From Euglena gracilis (Eukaryota), in the NCBI GenBank assembly GCA_039621445.1, contig CP154954.1, positions 21,712,954 through 21,776,953 of the forward strand: DNA of 64,000 bases, read 5' to 3'. Within the stretch, counting starts at the first letter, position 1. Every line of letters starts with the position of its first letter. This document shows, piece after piece, positions 39,501-50,900 of the stretch. Position numbers and translations under genes: made by a program. The notes under the pieces are model-generated. The model ran no database searches, was not told where the DNA came from, and saw nothing but the letters and a program-made list of their open reading frames with translations.

Positions 39501-42500
39501 CCTCACCCTTTTCTGCCTCTGCAGCACTGGGGACGGCACCGGTTCCCCCGCCCATGCTTTCTTCGCGGACATCACCTACCGCCTTGGCTCTTTCTCCTTG
39601 GTGCGCCATCCCGACTGCCGTCGTCACATTCAAAGTTTGGGAGTGGTCGCGGTTTTCGCATTTTGACATTGTGGTGTCTGCCCCTCACCCCTTCCTATTT
39701 TTTCGGAGGCGCCGATGTGGTAAACCATTTCCATGTTTCATACCTTTTCATGTTCCATGGACGACGGTGGGATATTTTTCTTCAAAGTTGCATATGGCAG
39801 ATAGTTTGGATGAGTACAGCACGGACAAATAACACAAAATAAAAATGATAGGGAAAAAATTGACGGGGAAAAATGATGGGAAAAATTCTTTTTTGGAAAA
39901 TTTAATGATGGGATAATTCAACTTCACAGAAATCGGTGGTAGACAGGGGGGAGTAGGGGGTCAGACCACACCCCCTCCCCCTTTCCGACGGAGGACCTCT
40001 GGACCCCCCCTGGAAATCAAAAAATTCTCCGGCGTTTGGTGCCGGAATGGATGAAAATTTTGGTGAATGTTTTGGCCGATTTTTCAAAAGGCGTGCAAAA
40101 ACGCAACTTTGGCACCTTTCAAGGCACGAAAATTTTTCTGGCGCTTCACACCGACGATTTTTTGCTCGGGGGGAGGGGGGTCCAGGCCCCCCCCCCCCCC
40201 CCACTCACATAACGCCCTGCCTGTGGGGGGGTTCCAGCCAGCCAGCCAACACTTTTTCTCCAGCAGCTCCCAACTGGGCTGTGGAACCCCCCAGGGGTCC
40301 AGTGGCAATAAAGTTTTCACAGCCCTGCTTTGCTGGGCTGAGCCGAAAGATTTTTCGGCACAAAGCGCCGAGAATTTCGCAAAAAAAAAAAGGTTCAAAA
40401 GTGGTGCCAAAAATGGCCTTTTTGAGGGTTTGGGGGGGTTACCCCAAAAGCTTGGCTGTCAAAAATGTATCCCGGCTGGATCTGGGCTTCTTCCTACTTT
40501 CAGGTTCCAGCCAGGTCCAGCCCAGCAGCCGACCCAGTAGGACCCACCCCCTGGACCCCCTTCCCGAAGGGGGGGGTCCACCCAGCACCCTTCATCCAAC
40601 CGGAACTTTTCCCCCGCCGGCTGTCTGGACCCCCCAGGGGGGCTCAAGGAATTCCCTCGCTGCGAGCAATTCCCAACCAGGCTTTCCCGTCCAATCTCAG
40701 TGCGGAGGGGCGCCTCCGCGCAGCCGCTCTCCCTCTTCCTTTCGCAGGCCATGGTGGTGGCGATGGGCCTGCTGGCCGCGCTCCGCCTCGTGGTCGGCCC
40801 AAAGGGGCAGGACCTCGCCCCACTGCCTGCCCCCATGGCGATGGCCAGCACGTCGGGCTACCGTGTGTGCCCCTTCCTCACAGCACCGTTGGAGGTTACC
40901 GCCGCCTTTTGGGAAGCGGACGTTTCCAACGTTCATTTTTTGCACCTGATCCAAGGGATTCCAGCCTCTTGTTCTCGTGGCGAGTTTGATGCGTTGCATG
41001 ATTTGGCTCTCACATCGAACATAATGACCTCCTGCCCTACCTTGCAATCTTGGCCTTTATTTCCCGTTTTTTCCGGCCGTTTGAGGCTCGAGCAAATTAC
41101 CCCCCCCCCCAATTCACCCCAGGTTCAAGTTTTCGAATGCAAATATATTTCAGTCATACGGGGGTTGACACTGAACCTACAGGTGCCTGGTGACCAGTTG
41201 TATTCTCTGTCCTATCAGCTGAGAAGGAGAGGTCTGGGAGTGAGGCCCCGCCAAAGCGGATGAGTGATCAGGATTGCACAGACGTGGAGAACCACCTGAT
41301 GAATTACCTGACCTACAAGGCAGCAAGGTGCGGACACGGCAACAATATCCCCATATTGATGAGACTCCGGGGGGGGGTCCTAAATGAGGGGGCGGTCGTA
41401 GGTAAGGTGGTGTTAAAATTTTCGCAACCTGCAACCTGCGACTGGGGGGGGTCGTAAATGAAGGGTGGTCCGTACGACAAGGGGGGGGGGCAGGGAAGAT
41501 AGCCATCAGCATGATCATCATGTCCACTACTACAAAAACTTCACAATTTCACTATCTAAATTTCACTCAGCTTACCTAAGCTTCTCATATTCACTAAAGA
41601 AGCTCCACAAATTCACAAAAATAATTGATTTGGATATGAAGGAAAATGGAAAACATTCAGCTTAACCGAAAGCGGGCGAACAATCCAAATAATAACCCCC
41701 ACCCAGGAGTAAAATCTATATGGCCACTCTTCAGGTCGCAGGTTGCAGGTTATGGGGGTGTTACGACCACCCCTCCCGGTCACAGGTTGCAGGAACCCGG
41801 TCGTACGACAGGGGGGGGGGGGCGGGTACAAGTAATTCAGATCTCCATGCAAAGGATATTGGTTTCCAGCAAAAGACGTCATATACCAAAAGGGTATTTT
41901 GTTGAATTTTTCTGAAGAAGTAGTTCATTGGAAGTCCAGGAACTCGCCAAAATTTTGGGGCCTTTTAAAGGATTTTGTCCTTTTTTTTCAGCCACCAATT
42001 TTGTTGGAGCCAATTTGATCTACCCCTCCCTCGGCCCAACCTCAGAAAGCGCCTTGATGCCCCCGTGGCACGATGCAGGACAGGAATAATATCGCCGTTG
42101 AGGGTTGAGGGTGCTTCAGATCCCCCCGCCCTTTCTGCAAATGCTTTCTGTTCCTTTCTGTTCCCGAAAGGCACCAGGGAGGTCTTTCCCAAACCCTTGC
42201 ACGTTGGGCCTTCTGCAGCTGGTCGCTCACCAGTGCCGTCGCCCCATCTTTCGGGTTTAACCGGGATGCCGGACCCTTTCTGAGGCGAGTCCCCCTTTTT
42301 TGGGTTCAATACCCAAACCCCAACGATCATTGGGTTGATTGTTGGGGTTTGGGTATTGAACCCAAAATTTGTGATTTGATTGGGGGGGAAGGGGGTTGTT
42401 GCCGAGTCGGGTTCGGTTGACACCCATGGTATGGGTCCCCAGGATCGTGCTGACCCAGCTGGTGGAGACGGACCTCAGCCCCATGAAGGCGGACTACATG

Positions 42501-43787
42501 TGGTTCCGGCACTTCTGCCTCGAGAACTCCATGACCGACTCCGAGGGTTTCCTGAAGAAGCTGAGCACCACCCGGTGGCTTTCCCCTTGAGCGGCAATCA
42601 TCCCAAAAGTCATCTCGATGCTGTCCCGTTCTCTTCCCAGTGCTTGTGTCAGCTCCTTGGGATGGATCGCGCGACCAGAAGTTCCAGTCGGCTTCCTGAT
42701 ACTCCCCAGCAAGCACCTATGCCGACCGCAGCCGACCGCAGCCGACCGCGGCTTTGGTGACTGTCATAGGTAGGGTGCCGCAGCCGACCGCAGATTTTTT
42801 CCCCCAAGTCCACATTTATTGTCACATGACAATGAGTAAGTGGATTGTTTTTTAAGCAAGGGCTTGTGAAGTTGATGCTTTTCTGGGCAAGCATTGCCAC
42901 ACAATGATTGGATTTTCTCCTTTGAGAGGTTTGATGTTTCAGTCTTTCATGGCATTGCAGATGCGGATTGCCATTAAGGAGTTTATTGCTAGTTCTTTGT
43001 TCTGTGTTCTCTTTGACAAGCGATGGCGCGAAATCATCCAAACTGATGACTGTCTCAACATGTCTAATGGCACCCTTGACGCCCTTTTGTTTGTGAAAAT
43101 GAATCGGCGTCTCTACAACGTTAGCGCCTGACCGGTGGTCGGACGCCGGAGAAGATTGTGTTGTCCCTCATGGTATTGCATTTTGGGAGTAACCACGTGT
43201 TCTTTTCTTTTGTCATCGGTGGTTTTGTCATCCAAGAGTGGGCAAATAAGTGCTGACCGCAGCCAACCCGCTGCCGACCGCAGCCGACCGCGGAAAAAAA
43301 TTTGGCCCTGACCATAGGTGCCTGCTCCCCAGGAGAAGGAAAATGGGAAACATGAGATTGGCCAAAGTGCTCACCGGCTGAAACATCATGCCTTTTGTTG
43401 TGGTGGTCATCAATTTTTTGTAATGATGCGAACTCGAAGAGTCGAGGTCTAGTTTGCGTTAGCACGAGTGCTCTTGGCGGCGTCGTTCTGCTTCGTCACT
43501 GTGTCGCAATCCCGCCACGAGGCGGACGCTCCACCCAGCCCCACGCCCCCGGGCTGTGTGTGTGACGTCCTTACCTCCGCAGGCCGTCCTTCGCGGAGCG
43601 CCTGATGGTGACCCGGCTCGACGCCTTCACGCAGTGGTCGAAGGGCTATGCGGAGGGCCACATGCGGCAGCGGCTGCTGGACAGCGACCTGCGCGTGCGG
43701 AAGCACCAGCTGGCCGCCGCCATCCAGCTGGAGGCGCGGGGCCGGACCCCCGTGGGGAGGGCCGCGGAGGAGAGGGGCGAGCCCTGA
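36510..43787 (+). CDS. rbcX: Nuclear-encoded plastid Rubisco assembly chaperone RbcX precursor, 8 exons
   Basis: Exons 36510-~36667 (donor uncertain), 38250-38292 (donor reads GG), 38534-38673, 39525-39600, 40748-40862, 41219-41327, 42443-42574, 43583-43787. Spliced mature part LMNYLTYKAARIVLTQLVET...YMWFRHFCLENSMTDSEGFLKKL...FAERLMVTRL...QW fits the RbcX pattern (NYxTYKAVRxVLxQLxE...Y.W...F...D...FL..L...AERxMxTRL). The last five introns are GT-AG and in phase. Confidence 0.88.
41219..41327 (+). CDS. rbcX: rbcX exon 6 (start of RbcX domain, ...VENHLMNYLTYKAAR)
   Basis: CTATCAG acceptor, GTGCGG donor, phase 1 to 2. Confidence 0.88.
42443..42574 (+). CDS. rbcX: rbcX exon 7 (IVLTQLVETDLSPMKADYMWFRHFCLENSMTDSEGFLKKLSTTR)
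   Basis: CCCCAG acceptor, GTGGCT donor, phase 2-2. Confidence 0.9.
42710..43324 (+). mobile_element. Internally deleted hAT element in the last rbcX intron, retaining a transposase C-terminal fragment
   Basis: TIR CAAGCACCTATG / CATAGGTGCCTG; exact TSD CTCCCCAG at 42702-42709 and 43325-43332. Internal peptide IIQTDDCLNMSNGTLDALLFVKMN resembles the end of the hAT dimerisation domain. Confidence 0.85.
43583..43787 (+). CDS. rbcX: rbcX terminal exon (PSFAERLMVTRLDAFTQWSKGY...EERGEP*)
   Basis: CTCCGCAG acceptor, phase 2, stop TGA. Confidence 0.9.
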
Positions 43788-44387
43788 CGGCGGCTGCGGA
43801 GCGCGCAACATCGTGAGTGACAGCAGTCACACCCCCAGCATTTCCGGAGGCACTTGGGTTTTGGGGATGGCTGGGCAGTTGCTGTTTCATTTGGCCATCA
43901 TTTGCGTTGTCAGGTAGTGACCAACTTCTGGAGACCATCTCCCAAAGAATCTGCAGTTCGAACCAATTACATGGAAATGACAAGTTCAAGTGTTGGTTTT
44001 TTGTGGGGTGGTCCCGGGTGTCATTTTTCGCCCGAAGTCCTGGCCCAAGGGACGGTGTTATTTGGGGGGTTGTACTCCTGAAATCTTTTGAAGTCGAAAA
44101 AGGAGGGCCAAAAGTGAGCTATGTGGCGTGAGGAATGGTTGAACACCTCTTGTGCATTTTCCCAAAAGAAAGTTTTGTCAAAGGTTGCGGGAATGAAGGG
44201 GAGGGGAAGACTTGCACTGGTTTTTGCACATTTGACAGCAACACGTTCGGAGTTCTTGGAGAGCCTTGCTCTTGTGTTGCCGTGGAGAGCTTGCGAAGTC
44301 GGACCCTCAGGGGGAGCATCATTTGAGGGGAGGGTTTAAATGGGCAGGAGGGGGAATTTGCCCTGTTTACACAAATGAATTTTGTGA

Positions 44388-44663
44388 GGCAGCCCGAAAC
44401 TACTGGCCCCCCCCGGGGGGGCCCAGTAGTTAATCCGGGGGGTCAGAATAGTTTCTTTGCGTTAATGATGGAATAGGGTTAGGTGCGCGACTTAGGCTTA
44501 GGGTTAGGCCTAATTAATAGACGGGTGTTCGGTGTACAAGTTAGGCCTAACCCTAAGCCTAAGTCGCGCACCTAACCCTATTCCATCACTAACGCAAAAA
44601 AAAAATTTTGACCCCCCGGATTAACTACTGGCCCCCCCCCGGGGGGGCTAGTTTCGGGCTGCC
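44388..44663. mobile_element. Almost fully palindromic MITE with telomere-like TTAGGG/TTAGGC motifs
   Basis: About 125-bp inverted arms GGCAGCCCGAAACTA... / ...TAGTTTCGGGCTGCC; exact 8-bp TSD TTTTGTGA at 44380-44387 and 44664-44671. Confidence 0.88.
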
Positions 44664-47600
44664 TTTTGTGATTTCTGGTCAGCAATGCTTGGAAAGTCTC
44701 GGCTTGAGTGGGTAGATTCTGTTCAAGGCAAATCTTTCTTTATAATTGAAATTTTGCAAAGCGGTTTCTGGAGTGTGGAGGTGGCAAATTTAAGCCTGGA
44801 GGCTGGATGAAATTCTTCGCTTTTTTGACAGCCCAGAAAAGATGATAATTTTGGTTGGTTTTGAGCGACTTCCCAAAAAAAAAAACGTGAAACCCTGCAA
44901 ACGGTGAGGCGGTCAACCCCCTCCCCTGCGGCAATTCATGTTTCTGGGGCAAACCCTTTTTGGATCAACAAGACGCTCTGGCCCATTTGATGCCTTAGGC
45001 CGATACCCCGTCAGCGTTGCGACCAGCGCCGCCCTCTCCTTCCAGGGTGGTGCCCCGCCGTGTGGACCAAGGACCGCTGCCCTTAGGCCCAAGGGACGGC
45101 CAGCGGCCGATCTGGGGATCCAACGGGGGCAAACGTTAAAAGGTCAAAAGACGCATTTTTCTACGTTTGGGAGGATGGGTGGATGGTGTGAGGATGCCAG
45201 AAATTACTTTTTTTACCCGAGTTTGACCCATTCTTGCCAAAATATGGCCATTTTTTGACCAGTTTGCCTGTGGATTTTTCTTTAATTATTGTTTTGCCGT
45301 AGGTTTCTTTTTATGTCACCTTACGCCCCCCCCCGGGGGAGGGGGGGTGGGGGGGGGGGGGGGTCCGGGCCGGCCCCCCCCCCCCGGGGGGGGGGGGGTC
45401 CCGCGCCGGAGGCGCTGGGTATACCTTTTCGGCGCGAAGCGCCGAAAATTTTGAAAATTGCCTTTAACGGGCCCGATTTTGGGGGGGTCCCCCCCCCGGG
45501 GGGGCCCCCCCCCCCCCCCACCCGGGTCTTAAAAAGAAGCCTGGCCCTGCGTACCCCCCATTGAACCAAAGAATTTTTCCCCGACGCTTCGCTTGCTTTT
45601 CAGCACCTGTTTTTGTTAGTTTGGAGGAAAAAATCATCTTAACCCGAAATTTTGACGCTTTTTGAAGCCCCTGATAATTTTTACGGCATTTTGCGCCGTA
45701 CATTTTTTTTTATCTCACGGTGGAGGGTGGGGTCGACCCCCTCCTGGGGGGGAGGGAGGTCCAGGACCACTCCCTTTCCCCCCTCTCACGTAATACCTTG
45801 CTCAGGGGGCATCAAAAATCACCATTTGCGGACCCTTTGCGGCCCAATGAGAACAATGGCTCGGCGTGGGGGGCTTGAAGAATTTAATTTGGCAATGTTG
45901 CCGGCATGATCTCTGCACTTGGGCATTCTGCGGTCTGAGTTTTCATTGACTTTGGTGTTTGCAGTCCAAAACCCGTGCAGCGTTGGCCGTTGCCTGACGG
46001 TTTAGCCATCAGGCAATCCGCCACAGCAAGCATCACTGACCTCCTCTCCTCGCCACCTCCGTATTGTATTTGCTGATTTGTGCTCCAGGAGGGCGACTGT
46101 CCCCTCTTGTCCGAGCTGTCCAAAAATAGAGTCTCGCTTGCCAATGTGGGTTGCTTGATGTTTTGCATACCTCTTTGTCAACGTTTCTGAGAGGCCCGTT
46201 TAATAAATTTTCGCCCTCCGGCTGGTATTGCACGCCTCAGCCTTGAAGGCACGCAATTGTTCAGTGAGATTTTACCTGGTACGCAACTAGGGCGTTGCTT
46301 CAGAAAATTTGGCCCGACCCCCCTGTGGGGGGGTCTGGCCACCCAGCAGCCTTTTTTTCATCCCCGGACCCCCCATCAACGAGATTTATTTGTTTCCAAC
46401 CGCCCAAAGGGCACCTAAACAATCCAAACGACACCGCCGGCGAGGAAGGCATGGCCTCACATGGTCTTTGTGCTTCGCCCTCGGTGTCCCTTCGTTTTTC
46501 CTCGAGGGAGTACGACAGCTCCAAAGAAAAACCACTTGCGCCCAGCAAGGAAAAATATTTTGCCCAGCGAAGGGAAGGCACCAAATTAATAAATCGCAAA
46601 TGCATGCGCACATTCAGCACGATCTGCCATTTTGAATTTAGTAGCCTGCGGCCGCTAAAAAAAAATTTCGTTCTGAAAAGCAGCTAGGGCTAAAAAATGC
46701 GACGAGCGCGTTGCATGAGGACCCTTGGGGGGTCCAGCTTGGAGGCTAGAAATTTGGGCTGGCTGCCCCCCCGCCCGATAGGGGTCCTGAGCGGGAGCTG
46801 TTGAAAAATGGCATTATGCTAATGAAAAATGTCACTTTGCCGGTGAAAAATGTCATTATGACCCGGGGTCGAACCGGGCACAAAAAATCGACATTGCAAA
46901 TCTGTCCAAAAGCTTCTAATTACGCCAAAAATCGCCTTCTGAATCAGAAATATCCTGGGCAGCTTATTTCCCGACTCATTTCCTCCCATTTTTTGGCCAC
47001 TTGTGCCCATTTTTGGCCATTTTAGTGCCCCCGAATGCAGAAAATACGTTACCGTCCGAGCTCGCTGGGTTAGGACGTCCCGCTTAGTGGCGCCTCGCCG
47101 ATGATGCTGCTCCGGCTTGGCCCGTCCCCCTGGCCCCCACTCTTCGACCGAGGGCTTTTGAGCACAAACTTTCTTTTACGGGTAAGGGGGTCGGGCTCAC
47201 AAGGTCTTTGTGCTTCGCCCTCGGCGCCCCTTCCCCTGGTGTTTTTCCTCGAAGGAGTACGAGACACCTCGGCCTCCGCACTTTGCCCTTGTGAGGCGAG
47301 ATTTTTCACTGAAATTAGGGGGGCCAGGGTTTTTTCTAAGGCACCTTCCGCAGCAAGTCTTTGATAGTGTGCTGTGAATACCCCCTCCCCCCTTCCACTG
47401 GCCAAATTCACAAACTTCTTGGGCAGAAACGCCCAATTTTTTGAGTAAACCAGTGGGCCCCCCACACCTGGGGGGTACCCCTTGCTTGGCCAAAAAAGTC
47501 TTTTGTGATGGAAGCAAGGTATCTGCACTTATGGCCCTGAAGGGGGGATTTAATGAATTTAGGTGGGGGCCCCCTGGTCTGACGAATTCACGTTTAGCTT

Positions 47601-47936
47601 CCAAATAGCACATCATTAAATGTAATGGGCCTATTTAGGGACACTGGGGAATAGACAAAACCCTTTCCCACTTATGGAATTTTTGACTTTTACGCTTAAT
47701 CTGGATGTAGGGTGCCCTACCCAACACACTGGTGGTTCGTTTGACTCGTTGTAAGTCTGAGGATCGGTGTAAACAGAGGATTAGTGAGCAAAAAATCAAA
47801 TACATGTACAAATACATGAACAAATATCAGCCGGAATAGGCGCCTTTGCCAGCCCCAGGAGGATTGGGAGTGGATCCCAAAATGCCCCATGCTTCTCCAG
47901 GTTTTGGTTCCAAAGCCTCTTGTAGGGGGTTAACAG

Positions 47937-50900
47937 GTGCAAAGGGGACCTAACCCAAAGATTGGCCAAAATTTGCCTGAGTGGGGCCGAAAATCACTGA
48001 ACTTACATTTTTTGGTTTTTAGTCGAATTTATCCTACGGATGAGATTATTATGGTTCGGCTTGAAGGCCTGAACTCAATTGTTGACCTTGCAGGGCCGAT
48101 TCTTTGAAATTTTAAAGACCGGCAGACCAATTTTCCACAGTAGGATTTGCCATTTTCCCTAATTAACCTAAAGAAAGTCCCCACTGGAACCCACCAATTT
48201 CAAACTCAATCACACAACACAGGGTTCTTATCCCACCCATGCACTGGTGAACACTACAAAAAATATCAATTGTTTGTGCATGCAAGAACCAGAATTTGAT
48301 AATAAAAAAAATCAATTTCAAGGTTCAATTGGAAAAGCCCAAGGACAAAAAGAAAAAGTTTGAATATTTTGACTCGAAGCCTGGCGGCCACCTCAACAAA
48401 AAGTCGAGGCCGAAGGATCCTCAAAAACTTCGAAACAAGGTCGGGGCTTCATGGAGGTCCTACCCGGATCCTCCGGCCAGAGCGAGGCCCGCCAGGCAGC
48501 TGATGCAGAAGAAAGACAAAGAAGAAAGACAAGAAAGAAGATTGAAGCTGAAGTCATAACAAAGTCTTGGTTGAAGCCGCGCAGTGTTCGAGCTGTGCGC
48601 GGTATTGAAGCTGCGGACACATATAACACATGACAATGGTGTGCCAGCAGACAAACCCCAACCACAGCCCTAAGGCTACTAAAGAACCCGAAGAATTGTA
48701 GGCATTCAGAAGTGTCAGGTGGGAGAATTTCAGTGCCACAATGCATTCCATCTGCTGCTTTTTCAAAAAGGTCTTTCTTGCCAAATTTTCTTGTCGCATC
48801 ACCACAGATTTTTCACAAAAGTGAATACCCAGCAGATTTTCATGGGTTAACACAGGATTTTCACACCCGAGAAGATTTTTCACAATAAAATTGGCCAATT
48901 TCAGCACGAATTACATTGAGGGCCCAGAATTTTCTGGAATTTTCTCAAGAATCCCCACAGTTTTTGCCAACGGCGTGCATTTTCAGCAATATTTATTGTG
49001 GGGGCAGAGTCCCATTTACAAAGTTGCACGTATTTTCCCCCACAAAAAAATCCAGGCGTTTTCTCACCCAGTATATTTCAGTTTTCAAGTGAAAAAAGTC
49101 AATTTTCCTTTCCCCGTCACAGAAATTTCCTGTCATTTTGGCAGTTTTTAGACAAAACATTCGGAGATGGGTGATATCCTCCGTACGGGACAACTTTCCA
49201 TGCCACGGGATTTTGCTGTAGTTTTCACATTTTTTTCAGCCAATCTTGTCGGAGAATGGTGGAATCCTCCGTGCGGGAAATTTTTTCCTTTTGCTCCCCC
49301 AGGCTGGGAGCGGGCACGGTTCATCCACTTTGGCTGGTTGAGGAGAAACGGGAATTGTCCCCCTCGCACACATTTCAGCCCCCCCCGATGGAAATGGAGA
49401 TGGAGGGGGGAAACAAAGGACCTTGGGAGAAACGTGCAAGGAGGAGTGTGCACAAAATAATTCAGTTTGAGGTGCTTGGTGAGGAATGTTTTCAATTTCC
49501 CTTGGCAAAATTGGAAAAAACTGCAGATCCACCAGATTCAAAAAAGAAAACCGCTTTGGTCAAAAGAGACCAAAACTGAGCAGGATTCCAGCCCAATTTA
49601 ACTTTGGACAGCAGCGCCAAAGGCAAGGACTTTTTGACGAGAAATTACCAGTTATGGGTTTGGAAAACTCAGATCAAACGCCGTTTCAGGCAGTTTTGAT
49701 GAAATTTCAAGGATTTGTAGAAATTTCCACTTTGGTTATTGGGATTGAGCGAAGCTTTTCTCAATTGGAGGGTCTCAGAAGTTTCAAACGGACTCAATCC
49801 CAGTTTATTGCGGAAGGGGGTCAAAGTGGACAGTTTTTTTCCCCCTGCCCAGATCACTGGCCGCAAACTTTGTTTTCACACCCTGGGGAGGGAGTCCGCC
49901 AACGCCGGCGTCGGTGTAGTGGCGGCGTCCGGGGACCCACTCACCCGCACCGCTGTGGTGGCGGTGCAGGGGGCCCCAGGAGCACCCAGGGCAGCGACGA
50001 GCACCCCACACAGGAGCTATGGGTTGCGACCAAGCTATGCGTTGGGAGCACGGTTGGGACTTGAAGCGATGAGAAGATCGGGGTTGGGAACTGAACCAAC
50101 GAGAAGGAGAAGCCCAGAAAGAGTGAGTGGGTTGGTTTTTCAAATTTTTGAAATTTTCCCCCCTGTCGCGCCCCACTCGGGCAACGTAGGCCCAGAGGTA
50201 TGGGGAGCGTTTTTTGGGGCAACAGTTCTGGAGTGGCAATCTTGCCCAAATGGGAGGAGCACCATAATGTGGTCTCTACCCCCTGTTGGCAAAGCCACAC
50301 TTTGCACGTTCCTGTTACCCAACCCACAAAAGTTTTTACCCTCACACCATTTTTTGCTTCCCCCAGAATGGTGGAGTTTCCTTCTGTAAGTTTGGAAGTA
50401 ATAGCCCGTTTGTTTGCCCCCCAGCTAAGCGTGTTGGACTTTCTCGTTGAAACGCATGAAAAATTTCCATTTGTGATGGTCCTGGTGCAAAATTTGCTCA
50501 CAGGGGAGGGGTCAGGGGTAGGGATGATGGGGGAAGGCACCGTTTTTGGTTGCCAGATTTCAATTTTTTTGGGTATCCCGTTTAGGGACATGGTGGAAAA
50601 TGAGGCAAAAATCAACAGATTTTCAAGTCACAGGCCTGAATTTTCCTTTCGTTTGCAGGTTTTTGCACTGTCCAGAGTTTTGACAACGTATTTTGGGGAA
50701 GATTGGAAACATTTTGAGACATATTTTTTGAGGATTCAGATTTTTTTTCAAATCTCATGCGGACACGTATCATGTGCTGAGACGGTAATTTCCCCAGATT
50801 TTTCACAAAAAAGGAGGAATGAGAGGCAGAACGAAGAATTCATCAGAAAGGAGTTGGCAAGGGACAAAAATTTGCTTATTTCACTCAATGGACGGTCAAC

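Noticed and set aside
40863-41263. Continuation of ORF 40700-41263 as coding
   Set aside because: A GTGTGT donor at 40863 splices in phase to the RbcX exon at 41219; the remainder has intron-like composition.
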